Shown in pieces: positions 1-12,000 of a stretch of 64,000 nucleotides of DNA. The translations under genes were made by a program, and so were the position numbers. This DNA is from Felis catus (lineage: Eukaryota). Below the pieces are notes generated by a model. It saw nothing but the letters and a program-made list of their open reading frames with translations. It searched no databases and was not told where the DNA came from. How positions within the stretch are numbered: the stretch's first letter is position 1; each line of letters starts with the position of its first letter. The stretch lies in assembly GCF_018350175.1 (NCBI RefSeq), contig NC_058368.1, positions 84,322,001 through 84,386,000 of the forward strand. The letters run 5' to 3'.

Positions 1-196
1 GGGGAAAATTTGTGCCAAGAGTAGCACAAGTATAAGCAAGTCAATGAGCAAATGTCTGGTAAAAAAGTGCCATGTGCCACCCCCTGAGAACACCAAGATA
101 GGTGAGTCACAGGCCCTGGCCAGATGAGCTTAGGACAATTTCAGAAGAGTAAAGCATGGGTGAGAGGACTGGTAAAGGCAGTATGAGGGGGGATTC

Positions 197-609
197 CTTT
201 TTTTTTTTTTTTTTTTTCCAATTTAAATTCAAATAATTAACATACATTATAGTCTTGGCTTTAGGAGTAAAACCCAGTGATTCATCTCTTACATATGACA
301 TCCAGTGCTTATCCCAAAAAGTGCCCTCCTTAATGCCTATCACCCATTTAACCCATTTCCCCACCTATCTCCCCCCCAGCAACCCTCAGTTTGTTCTCTG
401 TATTTAAGAGTCTCTTATGGTTTGCCTCCCCTGTGTTATCTTATTTTTCCTTCCCTTCCCCTATGCTCATCTGTTGAGTTCCTCAAATTCCACAATGATT
501 AAATCATATGATATCTTTCTGACTTATTTCACTTAGTATAATACACTCTAGTTCCATTCATAGTTGCAAATGGCAAGGTCTCATTCTTTTTTATTGCCGA
601 GTAGTATTC

Positions 610-651
<42 letters not shown>

Positions 652-875
652 ACACATATACAGTGGATATTTGAGTTCTTTCCATAATTTGACTATTGTT
701 GACAGCACTGCTATAAACAGTGGGGTGCAGGTGCCTCTTCAAATCACCATTTTTGTATCCTTTGGATAAGTACCTAGTAGTGCAGTTTCTGGGTCATAGG
801 ATAGCTTTTTAATTTTTTGAGGAACCTCCATACTGTTTTCCAGAGTAGCTGCACCAGTTTGTACTCCCACCAAAC
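197..875 (-). mobile_element. 5'-truncated carnivore L1 3' end with poly(A)
   Basis: T run at 197-217; L1 3' UTR and ORF2 C-terminus ([14 protein letters not shown]) on minus. Confidence 0.85.
612..649. repeat. (GT)n microsatellite
   Basis: Direct reading. Confidence 0.95.
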
Positions 876-2454
876 CATTTCTCCAGCCTGAGGACAGGGA
901 CTGGTCCAGAGCTTCAAAGAGTAATTCCCTGCTCAAAGCCCTCTGTTATCTTTCCTAACCTTCCAGAGCTCCCTGAATGCCCTCTTAAACATCTATTTGT
1001 TTACTTCCCTGTATCACCTGTTACCTGTATGCACCTGTGTTCGCTACCTGACTTTCCCATCCATGGTATTACACCTTGTGGTGTTCCTAGCAAGCCCTAC
1101 CACATTGTTCGCAACTCTAAAAGATCTTGCTAAATATCTAATACACCACACACCCTTTTGCCAGCCAGTGAAATGGTCCCCTGGCTCCCTTAATTCAAGA
1201 TATGGTGCAGTGTGGCAGCCTGGGGCTCCAGAATGGCGGACAAAGAGGAAGCCAAGGGCTCAGGAGCAGTGGTGGAGGGAAGCCAAAGGGACTTCTCAAG
1301 AGGGGAATATGTAAGGAGGGTGAAGTAGAGAGAGGGACAAGGCACTAAGAAGGACAAGGAAGGAGGTGGGTTCTGAGGAGGAGAACAGGGCATCAAGAGG
1401 CACAGAACATCTGGTCTCAAATGACCAGCTGCCTACCAGACCTGAACCAGTTTTCACATACAACAGGAGATTCAAGCACACCAGAAATGCAGGAAGCCCA
1501 GGTGGGCTCCACTCTGCTGCATACACCCCACCTCCCACCCCTCTAGGTTCCCAGGACCACCCACCAAGGGTCGAGGAGGCAAACCTCACAGGCCTGCAGT
1601 ATTATCACATCGACAGAACCAGAACCAACAGATTGAGCTCAGCCCGCTTTCTGGTGGCTGCTGCCCTCTGCTGACCAAACAGGACTACAACCCAAGAAGC
1701 CCATCTTAGCTATGCGTGAGAGCAAAGTTGAGGGTGACCACCAAACTCACAACCAGAGGACGAGGTAAATCCAAATCTCATTGGGGCCTTTATAAAAAGT
1801 CTCCTTCTCTAGCACTAGATAGTAGGAGGCCTCCTAATTTGAAGTTCATTTCATCTCAAAACTGCAGGGAACTAATAGGGATCATTGTGGCTAACATCCT
1901 GTCTGACCTGGCATAGTGTTAGGCACACCTACACTGTCTCATTTTGTAGGTGATAAAATTGGAGCCTAGAGAAGTGTGAGAATACCCTCCCGGAGACATA
2001 GAGATATGATTCTAGGACTGTGGATACAGATGCTGACCTCCTAACCACAGTACTAACAAAGTCACTTGGCATAGGTTTGGACTATGGGGAGGAGACACAA
2101 AAGCATTTACTGAACATTAAGTGTCAGGTATGTATTAAGTGCGGGGGAGATGGAGGCCCAGCTGCTCACCCGGGGATGGCATAGTTCGAGAGAACTAATT
2201 ACCACTCAGTGTGATGGGTGACATGACATGGTACAAGAATGGGGGAGATGAGATACATCACCTGAATTTGACCATCTTTTGCTCATTTTAAAAGAGCAAA
2301 ATTCCTTGACCCCCCCTTCCCAGTAAAACTTCCTAAAAGATGACTACATCCACTCCACTTTCTCACATCTGGTTCCTGTGTTTGCACTCAAGTCCAAATA
2401 CCTGCTTTCATTACCTTCTACAAGGTGAGGGGCAAACCGGACATCCCTACTATG

Positions 2455-2585
2455 CCTGTATTCTCACCCATGAAAAGGTCATCATGGCGCTACTTACTTC
2501 ATAATGTTGTTGTGGAAATTAAATGGGTAAATTCATATGCCTAGCACATGAGTCACCCTAGGCAAGTACAGGCACTATTGTTAAG
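2455..2585. mobile_element. MIR fragment
   Basis: Resembles MIR core (CTACTTACTTCATAATGTTGTTGTGGAAATTAAATG). Confidence 0.5.
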
Positions 2586-3069
2586 ATAGGGTTGGTGGCC
2601 TATTTGCTGGGGCTGTTTTCTTCCACACAGAGGAAGTGCCATAAGCTTTTAAGCCTCCTACTAGCTCTCCACTCTTGCCTTATCTAGTAGGTGTTTTTGT
2701 GAATAAACTGGGTGGGCAGTCAGCCCTTCTTTTCTGGGGCTCCTTCACACCAGAAGCCTTGCAGGTCCTGCACTGTCAAGGACTGGGAGGGAAGTACGAC
2801 CCTGGGGTGTCCTCTCAGAAAGCCCACTTGCCCAAAGACATGGGCCATGCATTCTCATAGCAGCTCTTCCAGTAATAAAGGGAATATCTTGGCACTCATC
2901 TGCTTTATCACACTTTACTTCCCAGGGAGAGAGGTTGGTTGAAGGGCATTCCAATAAGCAGAATGGTAGGTAAGTCCAGTGATGTTACGACAGAAAGAAC
3001 AGGATCAGATACCTTTTACATCATTTACAGTGATGACTTGCTTGTGACTGACTTCTCTCTCTCTCAGAA

Positions 3070-3372
3070 TGTGTATGTTGCAGTTGTAAGCCAGCCAGAA
3101 TGTGACTGTATGGTTATTAAGTTAAAACGAGGTCATTTGAGTAGACCCGAATCCTATATGATTGGTATCCTTTACGAAAGGAATTTGAACACAGACATGT
3201 ACACAGGTAAGATGTGAAGACATTGGGAGAAGACAGATGTCTACAAGTCAAGGAGAGAGACCTGGAACAGATCCTTCTCTTACAACCCTCAGAAGGAACT
3301 AATCCTACCGATAGCTTGACCTGACTTCCTCTGGAACTGTGAGAAAAAAATTAATTTGCTGTCAAAAAGCCA
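3070..3372 (+). mobile_element. MaLR solo LTR (MLT1B-like)
   Basis: CAAGGAGAGAGACCTGGAACAGATCCTTC...CCCTCAGAAGGAAC...GAACTGTGAGAAAA motifs typical of MLT1. Confidence 0.7.
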
Positions 3373-3804
3373 GGTTAGGAAAGGCAGTCTCATACGTGGA
3401 CAGTACCTGGTATGTTCAGAACACAGTGGCTCCTGATGGCCCATCTGCCATCTGAGATCACCAGGGTCACTGCTCTGCCCTCCACCCTGCCCCTCAAGTG
3501 TCTTCAGGACACTCATTTCCCATCAAGTTTCCAGTTGACCTCCTGCTCTCCTCCCTAGCAGAGCCTTCTCCATCTCCTGACTGACCTCCTCCTCACCTGG
3601 CCCTAAATGTTGGCACACTTCTGGTGGTGCAGGTGAGGGTGCTGAATCCAAAGCTTTGGCTCTACACCTCCGTGGCTCCTGAAGTCCTCATCCCTCCCCA
3701 ACCTGACTCCACAAGATATTTCACAGGCTGTGGGGTCCAAACATATTCAAATCCTTTCTATCCCACAACAGGTCAAACCCTGACTTGAACATCACCTTTT
3801 ACAT

Positions 3805-3902
3805 GTGTTAAATTTTAATTTCAGATAAACAGCAAAAAAGTTACACTAAGAATGTCATAAACATTGCAGGAAGCAAAGATTATGGTCTATCTGAAATTCA
3901 AG
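3805..3902. mobile_element. MER53-like palindromic MITE fragment
   Basis: Inverted repeat AATTTCAGATAAAC (3817-3830) and GTCTATCTGAAATT (3885-3898). Confidence 0.55.
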
Positions 3903-4186
3903 TCTCTCAGAACCCCACTTTTGTCCCTCCCCTTCCTTCATGCTCACATCCAGACACATCCAGGATTGGCATCCTCATCTGGTCTGGACCTCCAGTGATT
4001 GACAATGTCCTGTCCACCCCACAGACCCTTCCTAGCTTGGCAGGTGGGAGGAAGGGGGGGCATCTCCCCTGCCCTGACTCCCCCATACAAAAAGCACCCC
4101 CCTTTGCCCTGCTCTTCCCCCCTCCCCATCCTCACGCCCTTCCCCTCCCTGACAGGAAGAGTAAACATTACTGTTACATAAACTAT

Positions 4187-4192
4187 TTTATT
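4187..4192 (-). terminator. SH3BP5L: Probable SH3BP5L polyadenylation signal (AATAAA)
   Basis: AATAAA on the minus strand about 1.4 kb after the stop codon. Confidence 0.7.
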
Positions 4193-5580
4193 TAAATAAA
4201 ATCAGGGGCAGACCCTTTTCTTTCTCTCACACTCACTCTCGCACACACACACACACCCCAACACATGCACACACGCTTGCCCACGTCCTCCCTCCCTTTC
4301 TCCCCTCCACCCATGGCCACCTCAAACCCAGTGGTTCTCATAGTGACCATCTTAGCACAGGGAAACACCCTCCATATGATGGCCCATTCCTCTCAGTTTA
4401 TGGCAGCAGCATACAGGCCTAGGCACAAGTTATCCTGCCCAGAGTCCAGCTCTCAGACCTCTTAGGGTGGGAAAGGAGGAAGGACCAGTTCTCCCAAGGC
4501 ACCCGGATCCAGTGTGGCTTCCCTGCTTTTCCTCCCTTACAGCCTGGAGCACCACCAAACCCCTCCCAAAGGAGGGTGGGTCCCTTCACCCTAGGGCAAC
4601 CCCTCCCTGCATCAGAGAAGGCTCAGTAGCCAAACCTGAACAGTCCCCAAGGGATTCTGGAGTAGGTATTGTCTGGTTTGGGGAAGAGAGAGGGAGAGGG
4701 ATTGAGCACCAAATTCCCTAACTCCACCCAGCAGGAGGGCGCTGAGATTAAGCTCAGCGACCTCCACCCAGAAAAAGTAAACCCAACTCTGCAGCAGGAA
4801 CCGCGAAGGCCTCAACCATCAGGACCTCATTATGTCTCCACCCCCCAACATGGACCCTGCTAGAGACCCACTAGCACCTTGGCAATGTTAATAGCCCAGC
4901 TCAGCTGGGAAAACAACATGCACATGGGAGCCTGTCTGGAGGTGGTGTCCTCTATGTGGACAGTGGGGTTGGGTTTCACCTTCTCTGACACTGGTACCCT
5001 TCAAGTCCTTCTTTGTGGCACACACAGCAAAGTGGCTTAGGTAATGAGAAGGGAGCACTGCAGGGATGTGTAGTGTTTTCCAGAGGCACACAGTCCTACA
5101 GTGCATTTTACAGATTACATACAGGCAGGCTAGGACAGAGGCTCTGTAGCATCCCTAGGCCCCCTTGGGAGATGGGGAGGTGGGAGGGACACCTGTCTAT
5201 TGCCTCAAACCAGGGGGCCAAGATGTCAAAACTCAGGTCCCACATCCACCTTCTCCAGTGGGCTACCCTGTACCTTCTAGACCAAGTTCCCTGAGGGGAA
5301 AGCCAGACAGATGGAAGGAAAGCAGAAAGGGGGCAGTGAAGAACATCAGACCAAGAGGAGCTAGCAGGGGGAGGGCAAATGTGAGAGCCATAGAAAAAGC
5401 CTTCTGAGGGGGTAAGGCAAAGAGAGCTGCCACCTGCAAAGAACTGGGGGAGGAGGGAGAGAAATTCACCAGAGACAAGAGCCAACCTGACCTCTCCAAG
5501 GGAAGCAAGGACCTGAGGACAGGGAGCTTGGAGCCCTACATGGGCCAATGGTGGTAGGAACCAGCCACCCTGAGCATGAA

Positions 5581-6051
5581 CTACAGGCTGATGCTGCGCT
5601 GGTGGCGGCCCCCACGGCCCCCGCCATCACTGCCCCAGCGCCCCCCACTCCGGGAACCCAGCTCCTGGCCATCCAGACTGGTGTGGTCTGAGAGGCCCCG
5701 CAGGTGCTCCACAGAGTCACACTTCTGTAGGTCTGAGGCCACTGTGCGTAGGCTCAGCAGGCTCAGTGTGTCTGTGTCAGGGGCAGGGCCAGGCCCCAGG
5801 CTACTGCCCTCCTCCAGCACCCCACCTTCAGCCCCTTCTATGATACCACTGTCTCCATCCTCGCCACCATCAGGCCCGGCCTCTGCCCCCACAGGGGAGG
5901 AGCGCCGCTGGCCAGGGGCATGAGGGGGCTGGCCCCGGCGCCGGGCATGGATCTGCTCGCTGATCTGCTCCAGGTTGCGCAGGGCAACTGAATAGCGAGT
6001 CTTGGCCTGGGCCACCTGTTGCTCCAGCTCTGTCACCTTGGCCTTGTGCTC
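5581..6051 (-). CDS. SH3BP5L: SH3BP5L last coding exon (EHKAKV...HQRSISL*)
   Basis: CTGCAG acceptor, TAG stop at 5581-5583, within ORF 5581-6084. Confidence 0.95.
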   Translation of the reverse strand, partial: EHKAKVTELEQQVAQAKTRYSVALRNLEQISEQIHARRRGQPPHAPGQRRSSPVGAEAGPDGGEDGDSGIIEGAEGGVLEEGSSLGPGPAPDTDTLSLLSLRTVASDLQKCDSVEHLRGLSDHTSLDGQELGSRSGGRWGSDGGGRGGRHQRSISL

Positions 6052-9000
6052 CTGCAGAGGGAGGAACAAAGTGAGGTGACCCACTGGCCAACTGTCCGTG
6101 GCTCCTGGAGCGGAGTCCCTTCAGCTCCACTCAGCACTTTCCACTGGTGCCTCCTTTCCTGGACTCTTAGGCCAGCTCACCATCCAACACAAACCTGCAG
6201 TGCTCCACCCCACCCAGCCTAGCCCCTCTTCACTCTTCTCTTCTTCCTCTTTCCCAGCAGTATCACCCTGCTCCTGGCCTTACAAGACCTTCCTCCCAGG
6301 TCTTCATTCCCACCCACTCCTCCTCTCCCCATGGTTCCCTTTCCCTATCTGGCCAGTTCCTCATCCCCATTCTCCCTGGTTTCCCCTGATTCCCACTTTT
6401 TCTCATTTACTTCCTTTTAACTCCATTCTCTACCAGGACCCATTCCCCAAGCCCAACTCCCACTCCTAGGTATCATTCTTAGCATATGTACCTCCACCTG
6501 GGCCACCACACTGGTCTCTCAGATGGACCAGAGAGGCACTGGCATCCCCTCTAACTGCCCTCACTCTCCATGCCTACCCCCTTCCTGCCTATTCACACAC
6601 TATCCCCCACCCCCACTGCCTTACCTCCAGAATCTGGCTGAACTGGGCCTTGAGCTCAAAGTAGGGGCGGCTCTTGCCAATGGCCCGCCGGAGAGTCTTC
6701 TGCAGGGCCTGGACCCGAGCTTCAGCCTGCTGGCACAGCCGAGTCACCCGCTGATGTTCCCGCTCACCACGAAGCCGCTCCTCCTCTGCCTCATTCACCT
6801 GGCCATACATTCACCAGGACATACATCACTGACCCAGGACCCATGTTCTTGCCTCTCAAGACATGACCATCCTTCAGGATCTGACATCTGCTGCTAGAGA
6901 CTAAATGTTTATCTCTCTCCTCCCCCCAAAAAAATTCATGTTGCAATCCTCACCCCTAAGGTGATGGTATTGGAGGTGATTAGGTTATACAGGTGGGAGC
7001 ACTCAAAAAATAAACAAATGGGATTAGCGTCCTCACAAAAGAGTTCCTGGAGAGCTCTCACTCACTCCTTCCACCTCGCAAGGTCACAGTGAAAAGACTG
7101 CCAGCTGTCTAGGAACCAGGAAGCAGGCCTTCACCTGGTACCAAATCTGCCTGCACCTGATCTTCCTAACCTGCAGAGCTGTGAGAAATAAACTTGCTTA
7201 AGCCACTCAGTCTATGTTATTTTGTATTTAACAGCCCCAGTGGACTGGAGCTGATGCCAGGGATCCTCCCACTCCCCAGTCCTCTGGGAGTAGCTTAGAA
7301 ATGATACATACATGTGAGAAATAAACTTGCTTAAGCCACCTAGTCTATGTTATTTTGTTGTAACAGCCCCAGTGGACTGGAGCTGATACCAGGGATCTTC
7401 CCACTCCCTAGTCCCCTGGGAGTAGCTTAGAAATGATACATAAATTACACTTCAAAAATCATGGTACACTAGCAGAGCCCAAAAGTAAGAAAAGGAGAAC
7501 ATTCTGAACATAGAAGTGAGGGGTCACAGCTAAACGTAACAAAATGTGAGTGTTGAATTTTGAGAATCCAGGGGGTGGATCAACTGGGGGTCAGTCCCAT
7601 ATCTGGATGCAAAGGTTCAAGAAGAGCCCAGAGAGACATTCGTAAGTCAGAAGGAAATGTAAATGGAGGCCAAAAAGGGCAGAGAGGAAGGAAAAGGTTT
7701 TGCCTGAAACATAATCAAAGCTGAGGGAGGGCTGGAGGGTAGAAGAAAGGAAGAAAGAGGGAGATGGGATGAAAGAATAGCCAAGGAAGTACCAGAACCG
7801 GAGGAGACCTGGCTCACCTTGCAGGTGGCATGGTTGAGCATCTCCTGCCATGTGGGGTCCAGCCGGTTCTTGTCAGCCATGACACCCTGCTCAGCCACAA
7901 ACACCATCTCCCGGGCAGCATTGTGCATGCTCACGGCCCGCTCATACCGCAGCGCTGCCTTCTGTGTCTCTTGCTGGGCCTGGAAGACGGGACCATCAGG
8001 ATGGGGAGCCCCAAGGGACCCCCACCGCCCATGGAGACCCATCCTGGATGAGGACAAGAGGAGGAAGGCCCAATGCAATATCAGCTTCACTTCCCAAACT
8101 GCACTAAGGATAAATTCCAAAGAAGCAACATTCCATAAAGACTATCTTGTAAGGATATGGCTCAAAAGAAATAAATGCAGAAATAAAGACTGGATGGGGA
8201 GCCTGGTGGCTCAGTTGGTTAAATGTCCAACTTGGGCTTGGGTCATGATCTCACGGTTTATGGGTTCGAGCCCCACATTGGGCTCTGCACTGACAGGTCA
8301 GCCTGCTTTGGATTCTGTGTCTTCCTCTCCCTCTCTGCCCCTCTCCCACTTGTGTTCTCTCTCAAAAATAAAAAAATAAACTTAAAAAAAAAGGACTGGA
8401 AAATGATACTGCCACTGCAGGGTGAATGTGTGAAACCCAGCACTCGCAAAGGCCACTGGCCTGTGCTCTAGGGAGAACAAAGAAAGATCCACCCCACTTT
8501 AGTTTGAAGGTGGTGAATGACTTGGACCAAGTCTCACAGAGAGTACACCCCTCAGACCATCACCTCCAGTCCAGCCTGTAAGCTGAAGGAAATAAGACAA
8601 GTGTTCTGAGATACTCATTACATCCATGCTTACCAAACATGAAACTGGAAACAAACCTAAGTTTTCAATTATAGGGAAGTGATTAAGTGTATAATAGAAC
8701 ATTAAAAACAATAATAATATGAGGAAATGTTAAGCAGCTTTTAAAAATGATAGCATGGATATTTATTGACATGGAAATATGTAAATAAGTAAAATAAAGG
8801 AAGAAAAATAGCACGTATCATAAATCTCATTTTGGCAGGATATACACACACCCAAAAATCAAGGGGTTATCTGTATTGTATTAATTACATTTTTTATTTT
8901 CTCTATTTTATGATGCTTTCACATCCTGGGGTTTTCCTAGGGCTAATTCCTAGAGATACTAAACTCCTCTGTGAGCATACTTTTCAAATGCAAACCAACC

Positions 9001-12000
9001 AATCCAAAGCCCACCGCCTCCTTTATCTAACTCTCACACACAAAGCCAATTATTTCCTCTGCCCTACATTAACCCAGGGCCAGGTACCAAAATATAGAAA
9101 CCACCCCTATAGCCCAGGGCCCACAGTTATTCAAGCTATCTAACTCTAAATTCGATCAAAGTTGCCTACCCTGCCTTACCCATTCCTTCCTATTATAACC
9201 GCATTAAAGGCTCTGAGCCAAGTTTTCCTCTCATGTCTTCCGCCTCCTGATCAACCCAAGTGCTTCCCCAGGTGGCCCTAGGTGGTGCGGCATGCTCTTT
9301 CTTCTTGGAAATTTTAAGTAATAAACTCTCTTTTCATGGCAGCTGTCTCTGTGTCTGTGTCTTACCATACTTGACTAAAATAAATTCTAGATGCAAAAAA
9401 TGTGAAACAGGCACATGGCAGGATTTGGAGTGATTTTGGTTTTCTTCTCCTTTTATAGTTACTGTTACATTAGAGTCTTCCAATACTGAACCCATTACTT
9501 GTGTAAAAAAGGGGGGTAAGGAAAAGGGTAAAGGAATGGAGAGGTGAGCAAAGAAAAGAGACATGAACCAAAGGGAAGAGAAATAAGAGAAAGCAGAAAG
9601 TGTTCTGTGTGACTAGAAGAGTCCAGGGCCAGGCTCTGTATGCGCCCCTCCTGGAACGTGCATCAGCTAGCCATACCTCCTTAGCAAGCCGCCGAGCCTC
9701 ATAGTAGGGCCGGGCCTTCTCGATGCAGCTCCCCAAGTGGGAGCCCTGTGTGTTGAGCTTCCTTGCTGACTCCTGCAAGATCCTTCGGTAGGTGGTCCTG
9801 GCCTCCTGGCAAAGGGACAGGGACATGGGCAGAAGGAAGGCACATGTGTGGGTCCCAGCCCCTCTCGTTTTTCATACATGCCCCTTCCCCTGCCACTGTA
9901 TTGAACAGGGAGAAAAGAAGACACCTCCAGAGACTAGCCCAAGGGTGTGAAGAAAAGGATCAACACTCACATCCAGCTGCAGCTCCACCTGGTTGATCTC
10001 CTCACTGGCCTGGTTGAGATGCTCTAGCTCCTCCTGCCAAAGAGGGGCAAAGAGTTAGAGCAGTGGGAAAAAGTAGCCTCTTACATGAACCATGTGGGGT
10101 GGGAGGGAAAGTCTGCCTGATTAAGGAAGGGAAGAAATGGAGGAAAAGGGCACTGTCAAATGCCTCCGTGCAGGAGACCTAATATACAGTCTCCTGTAAT
10201 CCTCACAACTCCACCTCTGCATCAGACAGTAAAACCCCCATTTTAAAGATGAGGAAATCACCATTCAGAGAATAGAACACACACATGCACACAACAAAGT
10301 GGCAGCAAGCCTGCCCTCTCTTCATTAGAACATGTGGCCACCTTCTCTCCGAAATTCCAGCCAATAGAAGTTGCCTTGGAGCTAACAGTCTGTGTTCCTG
10401 AGAGAGGAACACTAGGCCAGTCACTCACTACACATTTACTACACACTTATCACAGCTCAGCACCATGACACCCAAGAATTCAGAAAACAAAGAGGCAGAA
10501 GCTCCGGACTCAGTAAGAAAAAAGTGGTACAAGGAACTGTAAGAAGCAGGCCTGGTGGGAGCAGCAGGATCACCTACCAGGGCAGGAAAGGCCAGGCAGG
10601 ACACCCTGAGGACTTGCTCCTAGGCTGGGCCTTGACAGATACACAGAAAAGCACCAGTGACAAGCAGGTGCCCAGAGGAGGCTGCTTGTCAGGTGAGAAG
10701 CCGGCAAGGCTGGGGTACATACAGGAGAAAGGATACCAGAACTTTTCCCAATGGCAGAGGGAGCCCCTTGGAGCCTGACACCACCCAGTCTGTGGTTTAG
10801 GAAGGTGGGTCTGAGCAGTATGTGGAAAGTTTACAGTGGCCAGGGAGAAAAAAGTGGAGGCTGTCTGCAGTATTCCAGGTGGGAGAGGACAGGGCGATCC
10901 CAAAGAAATGCAGGAAGCAGAATCATGAGGGTTTGGTTGAGGTCAAGATTAGGGAAGATTCCATGGTTCAAGAGACCTCTAGGCCTGCTTGAGCAGTTGA
11001 CTGACAGAGACCCCAGGTCCTCACACAACAGATTCTGTGGCAGGGAAGGAGAACACTGGGGACAAGTCACCAGACATGGTAGCATAAGGATCTCACTGGC
11101 CCTTGGTGCACCTGGGTGGCTCAGTCGGTTGAGCGTCTGACTTCGGCTCAGGTCATTATCTTGCAGTCTGTGAGTTCAAGCCCCACGTCGGACTCTGTGC
11201 TGACAGCTTGAAGCCTGAAACCTGCTTCAGATTCTGTGTCTCCCTCTCTCTCTGCCCCTCCCCTGCTCATACTCTCTCTCTCTCTCTGTCTCTGTCAAAA
11301 GTAAATAAACATTAAAAAAAAATTTTTTTTTTTTTTTAAAGGATCTCACTGGCCCCAAGGCTAGAGAAAGAAGCAACAGAACCACCTGGGCCTTTCACTG
11401 ACATGGCAGAGAGGAGGGAGAGGTGCTGGTCTCAAGTATGCTCCCTGTCCTTTCTCAGTCAAGTTCCTGGAGCCCAGCATGCCAAGGACACTCCTGAGAA
11501 GGATCAATCCCCAGTAAAATGCCTGACACTCAGCTATGGAATCCTCTCCCAGGAGCCCTGCAGACCCTGGACAGGATAGTGGAACCCAGGCTGTGTCTGC
11601 CTGCTGCCCATGACCCAGACATAACCTGCACTTGGCAGAGAGCAATGCTGCCATCACTAGCTCTCACACACCTCATGAAAATACACATACCTACAACAAT
11701 GCAGACACTTCCTCAAAGGAGGCCATAAATTTGGCTCTAAACTTTACAGAGCAGAACTGACATGGGCCTGACATTGAATTTTTAGTATTCTGGCAACCAT
11801 GTTTTTAAAAAAATGCAAAAGAGGGGCACCTGGGTGGCTCAGTTGGTTAAGTGTCCAACTCTTCATTTCAGCTCAGGTCATGATCTCACGATTCATGAAC
11901 TCAAGCCCCGCATCCAGCTCTGTGCCGACAGTGTAGAGCCAGCTTAGGAGTTTCTGTCTCTGCCCTCTCTCTGCCCCTCCCTCTCTCTCTAAGGTGAATA

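Noticed and set aside
1366..1800. 102-aa ORF, TATA-like TTTATAAAA near 1789 and splice-like motifs as a neighbouring gene start
   Set aside because: No recognisable product or consistent exon chain within the window.
7819..8379. 186-aa plus-strand ORF
   Set aside because: Antisense shadow of an SH3BP5L exon running into a SINE.
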